A stretch of DNA of 60,453 nt. Source: Chara braunii. Its lineage: Eukaryota; Plantae; Charophyceae. Below the pieces are notes generated by a model, which ran no database searches, was not told the origin of the DNA, and saw only the letters and a program-made list of their open reading frames with translations. The DNA lies in assembly GCA_003427395.1 (NCBI GenBank), contig BFEA01000016.1:2002173-2062625 (forward strand), in the 5' to 3' direction. Positions 60,380 through 60,453 of the stretch are shown piece by piece. Numbering within the stretch: position 1 is the first letter of the stretch; each line of letters begins with the position of its first letter. The position numbers were made by a program, and so were the translations under genes.

Positions 60380-60453
<74 letters not shown>
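59897..60453. mobile_element. One end of a hAT-type element (9074/41510 family) running out of the window, with terminal (CT)n
   Basis: Starts CTAGGTTGTT like 9074. Same GTCCG/CGGAC subterminal repeats. Confidence 0.75.

Overview
Eukaryotic, almost entirely transposon-derived DNA with several N-gaps. I found no host protein gene, rRNA, tRNA or CRISPR array. The repeat style suggests a charophyte alga such as Chara (inference only). Contents: (1) L1/Tx1-type LINEs: one full-length decayed copy (249-11216, inside a 12-bp TSD), one 5'-truncated minus-strand copy and two 3' fragments. (2) A multi-hairpin 3' RNA tail, possibly with a pseudoknot and with visible covariation. It occurs about 17 times and is shared by the LINEs and unrelated non-autonomous elements. 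(3) Three diverged copies of a non-autonomous element encoding an unrecognised ~90-aa helical domain followed by an (AAC)n tract; two visibly end in that LINE tail and the third probably does. (4) Ty3/gypsy pieces with unusual architecture: a conserved ORF inside the LTR, a RING-like module before integrase, an extra ORF joined to pol by an ATGA overlap, no clear PPT and non-identical LTR right ends. (5) Penelope-like traces: GIY-YIG remnants and a minimal type I hammerhead ribozyme (30423-30473, minus strand). (6) hAT-type and other MITEs and microsatellites. All comparisons were made by eye. Boundaries not fixed by a TSD or TIR are approximate.
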